From contig CAWGYH010000009.1 of assembly GCA_963826935.1 (NCBI GenBank), positions 3,854 to 67,853 on the forward strand: a DNA stretch of 64,000 nt, written 5' to 3'. The translations under genes were made by a program, and so were the position numbers. The DNA is from an uncultured Chlamydiales bacterium. Its GTDB lineage: Bacteria > Chlamydiota > Chlamydiia > Chlamydiales > FEN-1388. Of the stretch, positions 37,259 to 47,507 are shown in pieces. Position 1 is the stretch's first letter; the number at the start of each line of letters is the position of its first letter. The notes under the pieces are model-generated. The model did not search any database, was not told the DNA's origin, and saw only the letters and a list, made by a program, of their open reading frames with translations.

Positions 37259-40200
37259 ATCTTCGCTCTTTTTAGAGACGCTCTTTCCGGCCCTTAGCAA
37301 CAGGCTCATGAAGACGGAACTTCCCGAAGGAAAATATTCTGAAATTGTTGGCGTGGAACATATTGACAAGGTGATTGAAATAGATCAGTCCCCAATAGGC
37401 CGCACTCCCCGCTCAAATCCTGCTACCTATGTAAAGCTCTTTGATGACATCCGCGCGCTTTATGCAAAGCTTCCTCAAAGTAAAGCTAAGGGCTACACTG
37501 CCGGCCGCTTTAGCTTTAACGTAAAGGAGGGCTCCTGCACCGAATGCCACGGCATGGGACAGATTAAGCTTGATATGGACTTTTTAGAGGACTCTTGGGT
37601 CGACTGCCCTGTCTGCCAAGGCAAGCGCTTTGATGCCGAAACGCTTGAAGTGCGCTATAAAGAAAAAAACATACAAGATGTGCTTGAAATGGATGTAAAA
37701 GAGGCAAAAGAGCTCTTTGCCAATATCCCCCACATCCAGACAAAGCTTGACATGCTCGAGCGCGTCGGCCTTGACTATCTAAAGATTGGCCAGGCCTCAA
37801 CGACGCTTTCCGGCGGCGAAGCGCAGCGCATAAAACTTGTAAGAGAGCTTGCGCGTCCCGACACAGGAAAAACGCTCTACATCTTCGATGAGCCAACAAC
37901 AGGCCTTCATTTTCACGATATGAGCCACCTTATTGAGGTGCTTCAGGCGCTTGTTTCAAAAGGAAATACGGTCGTTGTGATCGAACACAATATCGACCTG
38001 ATTAAAACGTGCGACTGGATTATTGAAATGGGCCCCGAAAGCGGCGATTTGGGCGGTAAAATTATTGCTACAGGCACGCCTGAAGCCATTTCAGAGATGG
38101 AGTGCGCGACTGGTGAAATTTTAAAGAAGCCTATCACAAAATCCAGAAAGGTGCCAAAAACGCTTGAAGAGAGCAGTGCCATCACAGTGTATGGCGCCTG
38201 CCAAAACACCTTAAAAAATGTCGATGCCATCATACCGCGCGGCAAGATGACATGCGTTACAGGCCCCTCCGGCAGCGGCAAGAGCTCTTTTGCCTTTGAA
38301 ACAGTCTTTGCAGAGGGCTCTCGGCGCTATGTAGAGTCTTTATCTCCCTACATCCGCCAGTTTGTCAGGCAGATGCCAAAGCCAAAGGTGGATAGAATCG
38401 ATGGCCTTTCACCCTCTGTTGCGATCGAACAGCGCCTGCATGCTGCAAACCCGCGCTCTACTGTCGGCACAATGACAGAAGTGTATGACTACCTTCGCAT
38501 ACTCTATGCGCGTGTAGGTATTCCTCACGATCCAAAGACAGGCGCCCGCATTCAGGCAATAAGCAAGGAGCATGTTGTCGATAGGATTTTACACTATCCC
38601 GAAGGCGAAAAGCTCCATATTATGGCTCCCATTGAGCTAAGGCGTACAGAAAACTTTACAGACCTTGCAGAACGGCTGCAAAAGCAGGGCTTTTTACGCA
38701 TCCGCCTGAATGGCACCTTCTATGAGCTTGGTCAAGAGACCATTGCCTACGATCCAAAACGCAAAAACGAACTTTTTTTAGTTGTCGACCGACTGGTTGT
38801 TGACCCATCTATGAAGCATCGCCTCTTTGAAGCGGTCTCTACAGCATCCGTCATAGGCAAGCAGAAGGTATGGGTAATGCGCGAGAAAAAGGATGTCTTC
38901 TTTAACCTTGCCTTTGCCGTTGAAGAGACGGGAGAATCCTACCCCGAAATCACCCCTCAAACCTTTGCGTTTAACACCCAATATGGCATGTGCCCTGACT
39001 GCCAGGGTCTTGGCTTTGTATGGGGCGTGGACTTTAGCTCGCTAAAAGCTGTGGCAAAGATGACGCCGCTTGAGCTTGTACGGCTTTTGTGGGGAGAGTG
39101 GCCAAGCACGTTTTCCCGCCAAGTACTCGCATCACTTTTTAAAGTGCTTGAGATAAGCCCAAAAGAATCCATATCAGATCTTGCTCCCGATAAGCTGCAG
39201 CTCTTTATGAACGGTTCAAAAACTGCTGTGGAAGTATTAGTTGATGATGTTCCCGTAAAGTTTCGCTGGCGAGGGGTAAATAATGCTCTTGCTACCCTTT
39301 TACAGCTAAGACACGACAGCTTTAGCGATGAGATGCCCCTGCCTGAAGAGTGGGAGGCTGCCCTTCGTGAAAATGAGTGTGCAAGCTGTTCAGGAACACG
39401 CCTTAACGCCCTTGCGCGCCATGTGACTATCGACAAGGTCTCTATTGCGGATCTTGCCAGCATGTCGATTAAAGAGGCATCCGGGTTTGTAAAGAAAATT
39501 AAGATTATAGATAAAAAAGACCTTACGCTGATGCAGGTGTATGATGAAATTGTACAGCGATTGCACTTTTTAGATTCTATCGGGCTTTCATACCTTCAGC
39601 TTTCGCGCATGGCCTCTACTCTTAGCGGCGGCGAGGCAGAGCGCGTACGCCTTGCTCGGCAAATTGGCTCCGGTCTTACAGGACTGCTCTATGTGCTCGA
39701 TGAGCCAAGCATAGGGCTACACCCGCAGGACTCAAAACGGCTGGTATCGGCACTTCACACGTTAAAAGAGCTTGGCAACACCCTCTTAATCGTAGAACAT
39801 GACCCGCAGATTATCCAAGAGGCAGATCATATCATCGAATTTGGTCCGGGATCGGGCGTAAAAGGGGGCGAGATTGTTGCTCAAGGATCGCTTGCAGAAA
39901 TCAGCAGCAATCCAGCTTCTCTTACTGCGAAATATCTGAAGGAGCAGGCATCTGTCTCTTCGGGTAGCAAGATAAAAGATCAGGGCAGTATCATTATAAA
40001 GGATGCTACGCTGCACAACCTCCAAAAGGTTACCGTTGAGCTTCCCAAGGGTGCCTTTACCTGCTTAACAGGCGTCTCGGGATCCGGTAAATCGTCGATA
40101 CTTGAGGGCATTCTTTTAGATGGGATAAAGCAGGCGATAAATGGCCGAAAAAGCGAAGTTGTGGCTAAAAACTATGAACTTCGCGGCATCGAAGATATTA

Positions 40201-40973
40201 AACAGGTGGTCTGGATGGACCAGCGTCCAATCGGACACACTACTCGAAGCGATGTTGCAACCTTTACCGACGTTTTAACGCCCATCCGCCACTTCTTTGC
40301 CCAGCTTCCCGAGGCAAAGATAAAAGGCATGCAGCCCAAAAATTTTAGCGCCTACCACCGCAAGGGCGCCTGCAGCCACTGCTGGGGCTTTGGGTATAAA
40401 AAGGTTGAGATGTCCTTCTTGCCATCGGTAAAGGTGCCCTGCCCGCAGTGCAAGGGCATGCGACTAAATCCCCTTTCCCTTTCAATTACCTATCAGGGCA
40501 AAAATATAGGCCAGATTCTTCAGATGAATGTAGATGAGCTGAGGATTCTCTTTGCAAACCACCCTAAAATCATACGCATGCTTGATGTATGCGCAGAAGT
40601 TGGCCTTGGCTATCTAAATCTTGGGCAGGAGATGCAGACACTCTCCGGCGGTGAAATCCAGCGCATGAAACTTACGCGCGAGCTTGTAAAGCAGCCTCGC
40701 GGCAAGTGCCTCTACCTCTTCGACGAGCCTACGACTGGGCTGCATCCGCAGGAGATCAAGCTGTTATTAGAAATTATTAGAAAACTTATAGCTAAAGGCC
40801 ATACTGTCATTTCTATTGAACACAATCTGGACTTCATTTCGGCTGCCGATCATATTGTAGATTTAGGACCGGGAGCAGGAGATGAGGGCGGCCGGGTGAT
40901 TGCCGCAGGAACGCCTACCGAAATTATGAAAAGTAAAGCTTCCGTTACAGGCAAATATTTACATAAACGATGA
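37086..40973 (+). CDS. uvrA: Excinuclease ABC subunit A, remainder of the chlamydial double-length UvrA
   Basis: The +1 frame continues TGAYLSGRKKI...HNNLKNVDV and contains three more Walker A / LSGGE sets. The joined product is about 1885 aa. Confidence 0.9.
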   Translation, partial: TGAYLSGRKKIQVPKTPRKGSGKEIILKKASHNNLKNVDVTLPLGCFIAITGVSGSGKSSLFLETLFPALSNRLMKTELPEGKYSEIVGVEHIDKVIEIDQSPIGRTPRSNPATYVKLFDDIRALYAKLPQSKAKGYTAGRFSFNVKEGSCTECHGMGQIKLDMDFLEDSWVDCPVCQGKRFDAETLEVRYKEKNIQDVLEMDVKEAKELFANIPHIQTKLDMLERVGLDYLKIGQASTTLSGGEAQRIKLVRELARPDTGKTLYIFDEPTTGLHFHDMSHLIEVLQALVSKGNTVVVIEHNIDLIKTCDWIIEMGPESGDLGGKIIATGTPEAISEMECATGEILKKPITKSRKVPKTLEESSAITVYGACQNTLKNVDAIIPRGKMTCVTGPSGSGKSSFAFETVFAEGSRRYVESLSPYIRQFVRQMPKPKVDRIDGLSPSVAIEQRLHAANPRSTVGTMTEVYDYLRILYARVGIPHDPKTGARIQAISKEHVVDRILHYPEGEKLHIMAPIELRRTENFTDLAERLQKQGFLRIRLNGTFYELGQETIAYDPKRKNELFLVVDRLVVDPSMKHRLFEAVSTASVIGKQKVWVMREKKDVFFNLAFAVEETGESYPEITPQTFAFNTQYGMCPDCQGLGFVWGVDFSSLKAVAKMTPLELVRLLWGEWPSTFSRQVLASLFKVLEISPKESISDLAPDKLQLFMNGSKTAVEVLVDDVPVKFRWRGVNNALATLLQLRHDSFSDEMPLPEEWEAALRENECASCSGTRLNALARHVTIDKVSIADLASMSIKEASGFVKKIKIIDKKDLTLMQVYDEIVQRLHFLDSIGLSYLQLSRMASTLSGGEAERVRLARQIGSGLTGLLYVLDEPSIGLHPQDSKRLVSALHTLKELGNTLLIVEHDPQIIQEADHIIEFGPGSGVKGGEIVAQGSLAEISSNPASLTAKYLKEQASVSSGSKIKDQGSIIIKDATLHNLQKVTVELPKGAFTCLTGVSGSGKSSILEGILLDGIKQAINGRKSEVVAKNYELRGIEDIKQVVWMDQRPIGHTTRSDVATFTDVLTPIRHFFAQLPEAKIKGMQPKNFSAYHRKGACSHCWGFGYKKVEMSFLPSVKVPCPQCKGMRLNPLSLSITYQGKNIGQILQMNVDELRILFANHPKIIRMLDVCAEVGLGYLNLGQEMQTLSGGEIQRMKLTRELVKQPRGKCLYLFDEPTTGLHPQEIKLLLEIIRKLIAKGHTVISIEHNLDFISAADHIVDLGPGAGDEGGRVIAAGTPTEIMKSKASVTGKYLHKR

Positions 40974-43900
40974 CAGACGAATTAGTTATACACTGCCCCT
41001 TTTGCAACTCAAACTTCAAGCGCTCGAAAGAGCGGCAGCTGGAGAGGCCGCTCGTTTTTTGCGCTTACTGCGGCAATCGCTTTCTTTCGGAGGTAAAGCC
41101 TGAAACTCCCCTCTTTTTAAACATTGTCGACGCCCCAAAGCCGCAAGATGTGCTGGAGACAATAGGCCAGTACCAGATTGTCAAAAGCATTGGCAAGGGC
41201 GGCATGGGCGAGGTGTTTTTAGCCTACGATACTGTCTGCGGCAGGATGATCGCCTTAAAGCGCATACGGGCAGAGCTTGCGGAATATCCCCTGCTGAAAA
41301 TGCGCTTTTTAAGAGAAGCGCGCGTAAGTGCGCAGCTTACCCACCCTGCAATCATTCCCATCTACTCTATAGGATCGCTAGAAAATCTTATCTACTACAG
41401 CATGCCCTATGTTGAGGGCGAGACGCTAAAGATGATTCTGCGGCGTGCAAAAGAGAAGGAAAAGTGCCTGCCCAAAAACCAGGACCCCCACGCCTCAATC
41501 CCCTACCTTGTTCGCCAGTTTCTGCAGGTGTGCCAGGCAGTAGCCTATGCCCACTCTAAAGGTGTGCTGCATCGCGACCTTAAGCCTGAAAATATTATTA
41601 TAGGTAAGTATGGCCAGGTGCTTATCCTCGACTGGGGCCTTGCTAAAATGTTAGGCGACGAAGAGGATATCCCGCATGATGAAGATGATGAAGACTCTAG
41701 AAGCAGCCTTACGCGCATTGGAAAGGTTGTCGGCACAGTTTCATTTATGGCCCCTGAGCGTGCCCAAGGAGAGCCTGCATCGGTAAGATCCGACATCTAC
41801 TCACTTGGCGTAATATTATACCAGCTGCTTACCTTAAGCCTGCCCTTTAGAAGAAAAAGCCTTCGCGCCTTTAAGAAAAATTCTAAAAAAGAGCAGCTTA
41901 TCTCCCCGGAAGTTGTGGCGCCCTATCGCGACGTGCCTGAGGTGCTCTCTGAAACGGTAAAGCGCTGCCTTGCGATGGATGAAAACGAGCGCTATAACTC
42001 TGTTGACGAGCTGATTGCAAGCCTTGAAAACTACCTTGAGGGCAAGTCGGAATGGGTTGAAATTCGCGAGCTGGATGTTGCCAACAAAGAGGACTGGCAG
42101 TTCCAGGAAAATGTGCTTTTAACAGAACACCTTGCCCTTACTCGCGGCGCTGAAAGTTCTGAGTGGGTAAGCTTGATGGTTTCTAAAGATGGCTCCACAG
42201 GCAATATGAAGATCGAAGCTGACATCTGCCTCGGGGCAAAAAGCAAGGGAATAGGCCTGCTCTTTTCACTGCCTGAAAGCATGGACATGCGCCATCTTAC
42301 AGAGGGCTATTGCCTATGGCTTGCATCGGAGCTTGAGGCTGTAAATACGACAAAACTGCTCCTCTCGTCAGTATCTGTCTACGAAGCACCGCAGGTAGTC
42401 TTAAAAAATAACGAGTGGCACAAAGTGCGCTTGGAACGTGTTGACGACCAGGTATTCTTTTATTTAGATGATATTTTGCGCTTTTCTTATGTAAGCCACA
42501 TCCCTGTTATTGGAAGCCACATAGGGCTGTTATCCCGCGATGCTGACTATACTATGCAGGGCCTTTCGGTCTCTGTTGGCAGCCAAAATATTAATGTAAA
42601 CTGCCTGGCAGTCCCCGATGCCTTTTTAGCCTCAAAAATGTATGAAAAGGCGCTATATGAGTATCGGCGCATAGGCGCCTCCTATATTGGCCGCCAGGAG
42701 GGGCGAGAGGCGCTTTTTAGAGCTGGCATGACGCTGCTTGAGCAGGCAAAAGATCTACGCTTTCAAGGCCAAAGAAATGAGCTGTTAAACCGAGCACTCG
42801 ATGAATTTGGCCACCTTAGAAATACTCCTGGAGCCCCCTTAGAGTATCTTGGAAAGTCCTTTGTCTACAATGAACTGGCTGAATATGAAGAGGAGGCTAA
42901 ATGTTTTGAGCTGGCTCTGCGCCGCTATTCACACCACCCCTTAGTGCCTATCTTGGAAGAGCAGATTATCTTCCGCATGCATGAAAGCTCTCATCAAAAC
43001 AGGGTGGCCGCCTACTACTTTATAAGCCTTGCAACGCACTTTTTAAAGAGCTGGAGCGAGGGAGCTGTACCCCATAAGCTCTTTTCCAGCCTTGAAAATA
43101 ACTGGGAAGTGCCCTTCTTTATTCAACATCGTGCACCCGGAAGCGATGCAGAACTTCGCAGGTTTTCTATCAACCTCGGCGTAAACTTCTGGCTTTCGAA
43201 AGCCTATATGGTAAATGAGCTTTTGGATGACATCCTGCAGCGACCTGTTGTTGCTATGCCCTATATTGCCGATGCACTCTTTGTCCTTGTGCTGCTTGGA
43301 GCCGATAGCTTGGCTAAGGAAAAGATGGCCCGCATTCGGCAGGTATTGAGTGTCGGCGAGCAGGAGCGCTATCACCAGTCGCTAGAGTCAATTCAGAGGC
43401 TTATTTCTACCCATAACGACCTAAAAGCGGGAGCTGCCTTTGTTCAAAGCCTTATGGCCCAGACGGTATCTTTAGAGGATGAGCGCCACATTTGGCTGCT
43501 TTTGAGACGAGCTCTTGATACAGGCGATGAAGAGGCATCCGAACGGATTTGCCAAAGAATATTAAAAATGGACTTTCGCTTTACCAACCAGGAGGTAATG
43601 GATGCTCTTGTTATTGAAAAGCTTATCTACTCGCGCGATGTTCATCGCATAGAGCAGATTCTTCAAAAATACCCCCCTGCACGGCTTGCCAATGAGTCCT
43701 CCCCCCTCTACTTCGTTCATGGCTGCTATGTAGCTATGCAGGAGGGCCCTCAGGCGGCAACCGGCCAATTTTGCAAGCTGTTAGACATCGCCTTTCCTCG
43801 CTCATGGGTGCTTGGGGCCCACTTTTTGGCAGGCAAAATCCACATGACCCCTGCCGGCTGGTTTATGCGCTCGTTTGCCTGGGAAAGAAGATCGCTCTAC

Positions 43901-43984
43901 CAGCAGCTTCGCCTCTTCTGGCATGCAGCAAGCGATGTTGAGAAAACAGGCTACTGGAACGCTCTTCTTCAGGAGGAGGGCTAA
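40970..43984 (+). CDS. pknD: Ser/Thr protein kinase PknD-like (N-terminal Zn ribbon, kinase domain, TPR-like C-terminus)
   Basis: CPFC...CAYC, GKGGMGEV, ALK, HRDLKPEN, DWGLAK and GTVSFMAPE. Adjacent to uvrA, as in Chlamydia pneumoniae. Confidence 0.85.
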   Translation: MTDELVIHCPFCNSNFKRSKERQLERPLVFCAYCGNRFLSEVKPETPLFLNIVDAPKPQDVLETIGQYQIVKSIGKGGMGEVFLAYDTVCGRMIALKRIRAELAEYPLLKMRFLREARVSAQLTHPAIIPIYSIGSLENLIYYSMPYVEGETLKMILRRAKEKEKCLPKNQDPHASIPYLVRQFLQVCQAVAYAHSKGVLHRDLKPENIIIGKYGQVLILDWGLAKMLGDEEDIPHDEDDEDSRSSLTRIGKVVGTVSFMAPERAQGEPASVRSDIYSLGVILYQLLTLSLPFRRKSLRAFKKNSKKEQLISPEVVAPYRDVPEVLSETVKRCLAMDENERYNSVDELIASLENYLEGKSEWVEIRELDVANKEDWQFQENVLLTEHLALTRGAESSEWVSLMVSKDGSTGNMKIEADICLGAKSKGIGLLFSLPESMDMRHLTEGYCLWLASELEAVNTTKLLLSSVSVYEAPQVVLKNNEWHKVRLERVDDQVFFYLDDILRFSYVSHIPVIGSHIGLLSRDADYTMQGLSVSVGSQNINVNCLAVPDAFLASKMYEKALYEYRRIGASYIGRQEGREALFRAGMTLLEQAKDLRFQGQRNELLNRALDEFGHLRNTPGAPLEYLGKSFVYNELAEYEEEAKCFELALRRYSHHPLVPILEEQIIFRMHESSHQNRVAAYYFISLATHFLKSWSEGAVPHKLFSSLENNWEVPFFIQHRAPGSDAELRRFSINLGVNFWLSKAYMVNELLDDILQRPVVAMPYIADALFVLVLLGADSLAKEKMARIRQVLSVGEQERYHQSLESIQRLISTHNDLKAGAAFVQSLMAQTVSLEDERHIWLLLRRALDTGDEEASERICQRILKMDFRFTNQEVMDALVIEKLIYSRDVHRIEQILQKYPPARLANESSPLYFVHGCYVAMQEGPQAATGQFCKLLDIAFPRSWVLGAHFLAGKIHMTPAGWFMRSFAWERRSLYQQLRLFWHAASDVEKTGYWNALLQEEG

Positions 43985-44517
43985 TGAATATTCCAAAGAT
44001 AGTTCAGAGTCAGTCTCTCCTTGAAGGGGTAATCAATATTCGAAAGGACCGCCTCCTCTACCCAAACCAGCATGATTATGACTATTTTGTAGTCTCCTCT
44101 GCCAAAGAATCGGTCTCAATCCTGGCAATAAGTCCTGAAGGCCACATTCTTGTCACCCGCGAATACCGCCACGCCACCCAAAAGGTGATAACAGGCTTGC
44201 CCGGCGGCTGTCTGCACGACGGCGAATCCCCAATCGATGCCGCCCAGCGCGAACTCCTCGAGGAAACAGGCTGCACAGCAGAAAGTTTTGAAGTTTTGGG
44301 CTCATGCTATCCTCTCCCGGCCATCTTCACCCAAAAAATGACCATAGTCCTGGCAAAAGGCACCAAAAAAACCCACGACCCAAGCCCCGACCTTACCGAA
44401 TCGATCCAAGCCTCTTTCATAGCCCAAGATGCAATCCTCTCCCTCCCCGACCTAGACGGCACAATGTGCTCCTCCCTCTATTTTCTGAAACACTCTAACC
44501 TAAGCTCGATTTCCTGA
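43984..44517 (+). CDS. NUDIX hydrolase (ADP-ribose pyrophosphatase-like)
   Basis: Nudix box GGCLHDGESPIDAAQRELLEETG and the EYRH motif. Confidence 0.9.
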   Translation: MNIPKIVQSQSLLEGVINIRKDRLLYPNQHDYDYFVVSSAKESVSILAISPEGHILVTREYRHATQKVITGLPGGCLHDGESPIDAAQRELLEETGCTAESFEVLGSCYPLPAIFTQKMTIVLAKGTKKTHDPSPDLTESIQASFIAQDAILSLPDLDGTMCSSLYFLKHSNLSSIS

Positions 44518-44550
44518 TCTTAATCTCGATCTCGATCTTGATCGTGATCT
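44505..44550. repeat. Degenerate hexamer array (CTCGAT)n abutting a palindromic element
   Basis: CTCGATTTCCTGATCTTAATCTCGATCTCGATCTTGATCGTGATCT. Confidence 0.65.
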
Positions 44551-44553
44551 TTA

Positions 44554-44801
44554 GAGGCTGTGAAAAAATACGTTTTCTTCGACCGCAGGTCTTTGGAGTG
44601 CTGCGATTTTTCTCGAGCTTTTAATTTTGCACACACCTTAATCGCAAGATCGCTTAAGGCTCACAAAGCACCTCTACCGATTCATGTAGATGTGTTTTGT
44701 AAGCTTGGGCGGTATGAAAGTAAAGGTGTGTGGTCGGAGTAAAAGCTCGAGAAAAATCGCAGCACTCCAAAGACCTGCGGTCGAAGAAAACGTATTTTTT
44801 C
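44554..44801. repeat. Palindromic element, family A copy 2
   Basis: GAGGCTGTGAAAAAATACGTTTTCTTCGACCGCAGG at the left and CCTGCGGTCGAAGAAAACGTATTTTTTC at the right (tip eroded). The core is homologous to the 18601 and 62748 copies. Confidence 0.92.
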
Positions 44802-44811
44802 GCCTGATAGG

Positions 44812-45174
44812 TTATAGGTGAATTTTTATTCTTGGCTTGCTACTGAGCTGATCTGCCGCAAGTGATAACAAAAAATCGGATGTTCGTACTGGATTCAGCT
44901 TAGCATCCAGTTGAAGAAAAGCCAGGCCAACACTTAGTCCTATTCTATCAGTCAGTTCTGATAAAGTCGTTGGTTCTTCACGCAGCTGATGAATCGCAAG
45001 AGCTTGTATTACTTCAGATGCTTGCGCAGGATTTGCCCTAACGGACACCGCAAGAGCGCAAAGGGACACCGCTTTGCCAAACCCTAACAGCTCCTCATAT
45101 TTCGATAAGTTACCAGACTTTTGCATATCATAATAACGAGCTGGACTCATTATACTCATATTCATATCACTCAT
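44812..45174 (-). CDS. Hypothetical protein, 120 aa
   Basis: GAGGA upstream of the ATG. No motif recognised. Confidence 0.6.
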   Translation of the reverse strand: MSDMNMSIMSPARYYDMQKSGNLSKYEELLGFGKAVSLCALAVSVRANPAQASEVIQALAIHQLREEPTTLSELTDRIGLSVGLAFLQLDAKLNPVRTSDFLLSLAADQLSSKPRIKIHL

Positions 45175-45419
45175 AACATTTCCTCACTTTATTTATTGTG
45201 CCAAAATATAAATATTAGAGTCATTTTTGTCAATTTTAGGCGGCCCTTTTCTGGGTAATTAGGGTCAGACTAATTGGGGTCAGATTTACGCACCATGGGC
45301 AGGATCGTTATCTACAAGTAGAGTTATTTTTTTATGCCATACGAACATTTTGTATCACTTGACATAATTCGCTATATCATACTATAATCAATTCCAGATC
45401 GAACTAAATATGGATTGAA

Positions 45420-46403
45420 ATGAAAATACTTTCTTTGCGGAACTTTTTTCTTTGGATATTTGCCATTATGGGCTTGATTGCTGCTATATTAGTTTGTATG
45501 CTAGCGATGCCTCTCAATGAACCTAAGATGTTAGAAACTGTCTGTAAAGGGGCACTGTCCATCAATCAAGAAGAAAAGCCGCAACTTACCCATTTCCAGG
45601 CTCGCGATGGAACATGGCTTGCCTACCGTCTATATCCTGCTTCGAATAATAAAACCGAACAATTAGCAATTCTTGCGCATGGCTCCTCCGGATCATCAAG
45701 TGAAATGAATATGATCGGTAAAGCTCTTGCTGATAGCGGCATCACAAGCGTTGCTATTGATATACGAGGTCATGGAGCGTCAGGTGCGCGCGCAGATATT
45801 AGCTATCTAGGTCAACTTGAAGATGACCTTTCAGATTTATTAGAAGAATTACATACAATCCACCGAGCGGCAAAAGTAATGCTCATTGGTCATTCATCAG
45901 GCGGCGGTTTTGCTTTAAGAATCGCCGGAAGCTCTCTTGCGACAAAGTTTGATCGCTTCTTGCTGCTTGCACCCTATCTTGGATATTCTGCACCAACAAA
46001 CCGCACCGATGAGAGCGCGAGCACTTGGGTTGAGGTTGACCTTCCTCGAATGATTGCAATCAACTTACTTTCGCAAATCGGTATCGACTGGCTCCAAGGC
46101 ATGCCAACAATCGCCTTCGCCAGCGCCCCTAACAGCAAAAAACAGGTCACTTCTTGCTATAGCTACCGTTTAATGATCAACTATGGCCCGCCGGAGGATT
46201 GGAAAGAGGCATTTCTAAAATCAGCTAGCCGTATAGAAGTTATCGCAGGAAAAAACGATGAGCTCATGAATAGCCCTGCGTTTCTGGCAGCTCTTGAGCC
46301 GCTCGGAGTTAAAGTAGAGTTGCTTGATGATGTTGACCATATGGGCGTAGTCTACACTCAATCTTCACTTGAAGCCATCCGAAAAGCAGCATATATTCCT
46401 TAA
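45420..46403 (+). CDS. Alpha/beta hydrolase with an N-terminal membrane anchor
   Basis: HGSSG, DIRGHGAS, nucleophile elbow GHSSGG, and a C-terminal Asp/His pair (NDE, DHMG). Confidence 0.88.
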   Translation: MKILSLRNFFLWIFAIMGLIAAILVCMLAMPLNEPKMLETVCKGALSINQEEKPQLTHFQARDGTWLAYRLYPASNNKTEQLAILAHGSSGSSSEMNMIGKALADSGITSVAIDIRGHGASGARADISYLGQLEDDLSDLLEELHTIHRAAKVMLIGHSSGGGFALRIAGSSLATKFDRFLLLAPYLGYSAPTNRTDESASTWVEVDLPRMIAINLLSQIGIDWLQGMPTIAFASAPNSKKQVTSCYSYRLMINYGPPEDWKEAFLKSASRIEVIAGKNDELMNSPAFLAALEPLGVKVELLDDVDHMGVVYTQSSLEAIRKAAYIP

Positions 46404-46645
46404 CCGAATGCCCTTGCCCTTTCACCCTGTCAGCATTGGATGTTCATCGAAATAATCCTTGAAACGGCAGAAGATATAACGCCTTGAGCAATATTTATCA
46501 AGCTTGCTCGGGTGGAAAAATGAAAAGCAAGCGTGCATGACAAGAGGCAAAGAGAAAGAGAATAAAAAGAACTTGTAAATATTTTCTAATTATACTATAC
46601 TTGTTTTTTTATGATATAGTGTTAACTAACAAAAAATAAATCAAA

Positions 46646-47410
46646 ATGAATGGATTAGGATTAGATACAGAATACAAGCGCCCGCGAACTCCCGACTATC
46701 AGGATGACTCTTTTGAAGCTCGTAAGCGCGCAGCTCCTGCTGACGATCGCATAGAAACTATCTTTAATGCAGAACTGCTGCATGTACCCTCAGCGCAATC
46801 AGTTTCGATCTCTGATTGGGAATTTGTTCATCGTGCTGCATACCACCCACTTTGCAAAACATTTATATTCTCCGAAGGAAAAAATATTACAGACGAGGGA
46901 TTTATCAGATTCCTTAACGGCCGCTCGCTCCTGGAAACTATTGTAATTGAACACTGCCCAATGATTACCAATAACGTTCTCTGGGCCATCCGTACCAATT
47001 GCCCAAACCTTCGCAAACTTTCTATAATAAATTGCCCCCGCATTACTGATGAAGGCGTAGAGGTACTTACTAAAAAATGCAGGAATCTCGAAGTGCTGGA
47101 ATTAGATTTCTGTACAAAGCTTACAGATGAATCACTTTTTGCCATAGCAAGGACATGCCATAAGCTGTGCGCATTTTCAATGTGTGTCTGTAAAAAGGTT
47201 ACTTTGGATGGATTTATCCCTCTACTTAAGAACTGTCGAAATCTACAAAAAATCGACCTCTGGGGCTGTACGCAGGTTACGGACGACTGGGTTCGGGCCA
47301 TAATTACCCATAGACAGAATGGTTTAAAAGTCGATCTAGATAATTGTCCCAATGTATCAGTTTCTGCTCGCAAAGAAATGAAACGTCTCGGAAGTCTCTG
47401 TTCCGCATAG
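46646..47410 (+). CDS. Cysteine-containing LRR protein (FBXL/AMN1-like, eukaryote type)
   Basis: 26-aa repeats CPNLRKLSIINCPRITDEGV, CRNLEVLELDFCTKLTDESL and CRNLQKIDLWGCTQVTDDWV. Confidence 0.88.
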   Translation: MNGLGLDTEYKRPRTPDYQDDSFEARKRAAPADDRIETIFNAELLHVPSAQSVSISDWEFVHRAAYHPLCKTFIFSEGKNITDEGFIRFLNGRSLLETIVIEHCPMITNNVLWAIRTNCPNLRKLSIINCPRITDEGVEVLTKKCRNLEVLELDFCTKLTDESLFAIARTCHKLCAFSMCVCKKVTLDGFIPLLKNCRNLQKIDLWGCTQVTDDWVRAIITHRQNGLKVDLDNCPNVSVSARKEMKRLGSLCSA

Positions 47411-47507
47411 CTGCACCCTCTATTTTTTAAAAAGTACAATTAAATATTGAAATTAAGTTTGAAATGATATATGATTTGTTCTTCAATATTAAAAATGGGG
47501 AATAATA

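Noticed and set aside
46828-47439. 203-aa minus-strand ORF and other long antisense ORFs (13130, 15455, 54257, 59554)
   Set aside because: They are antisense to well-supported genes and have no independent motifs.
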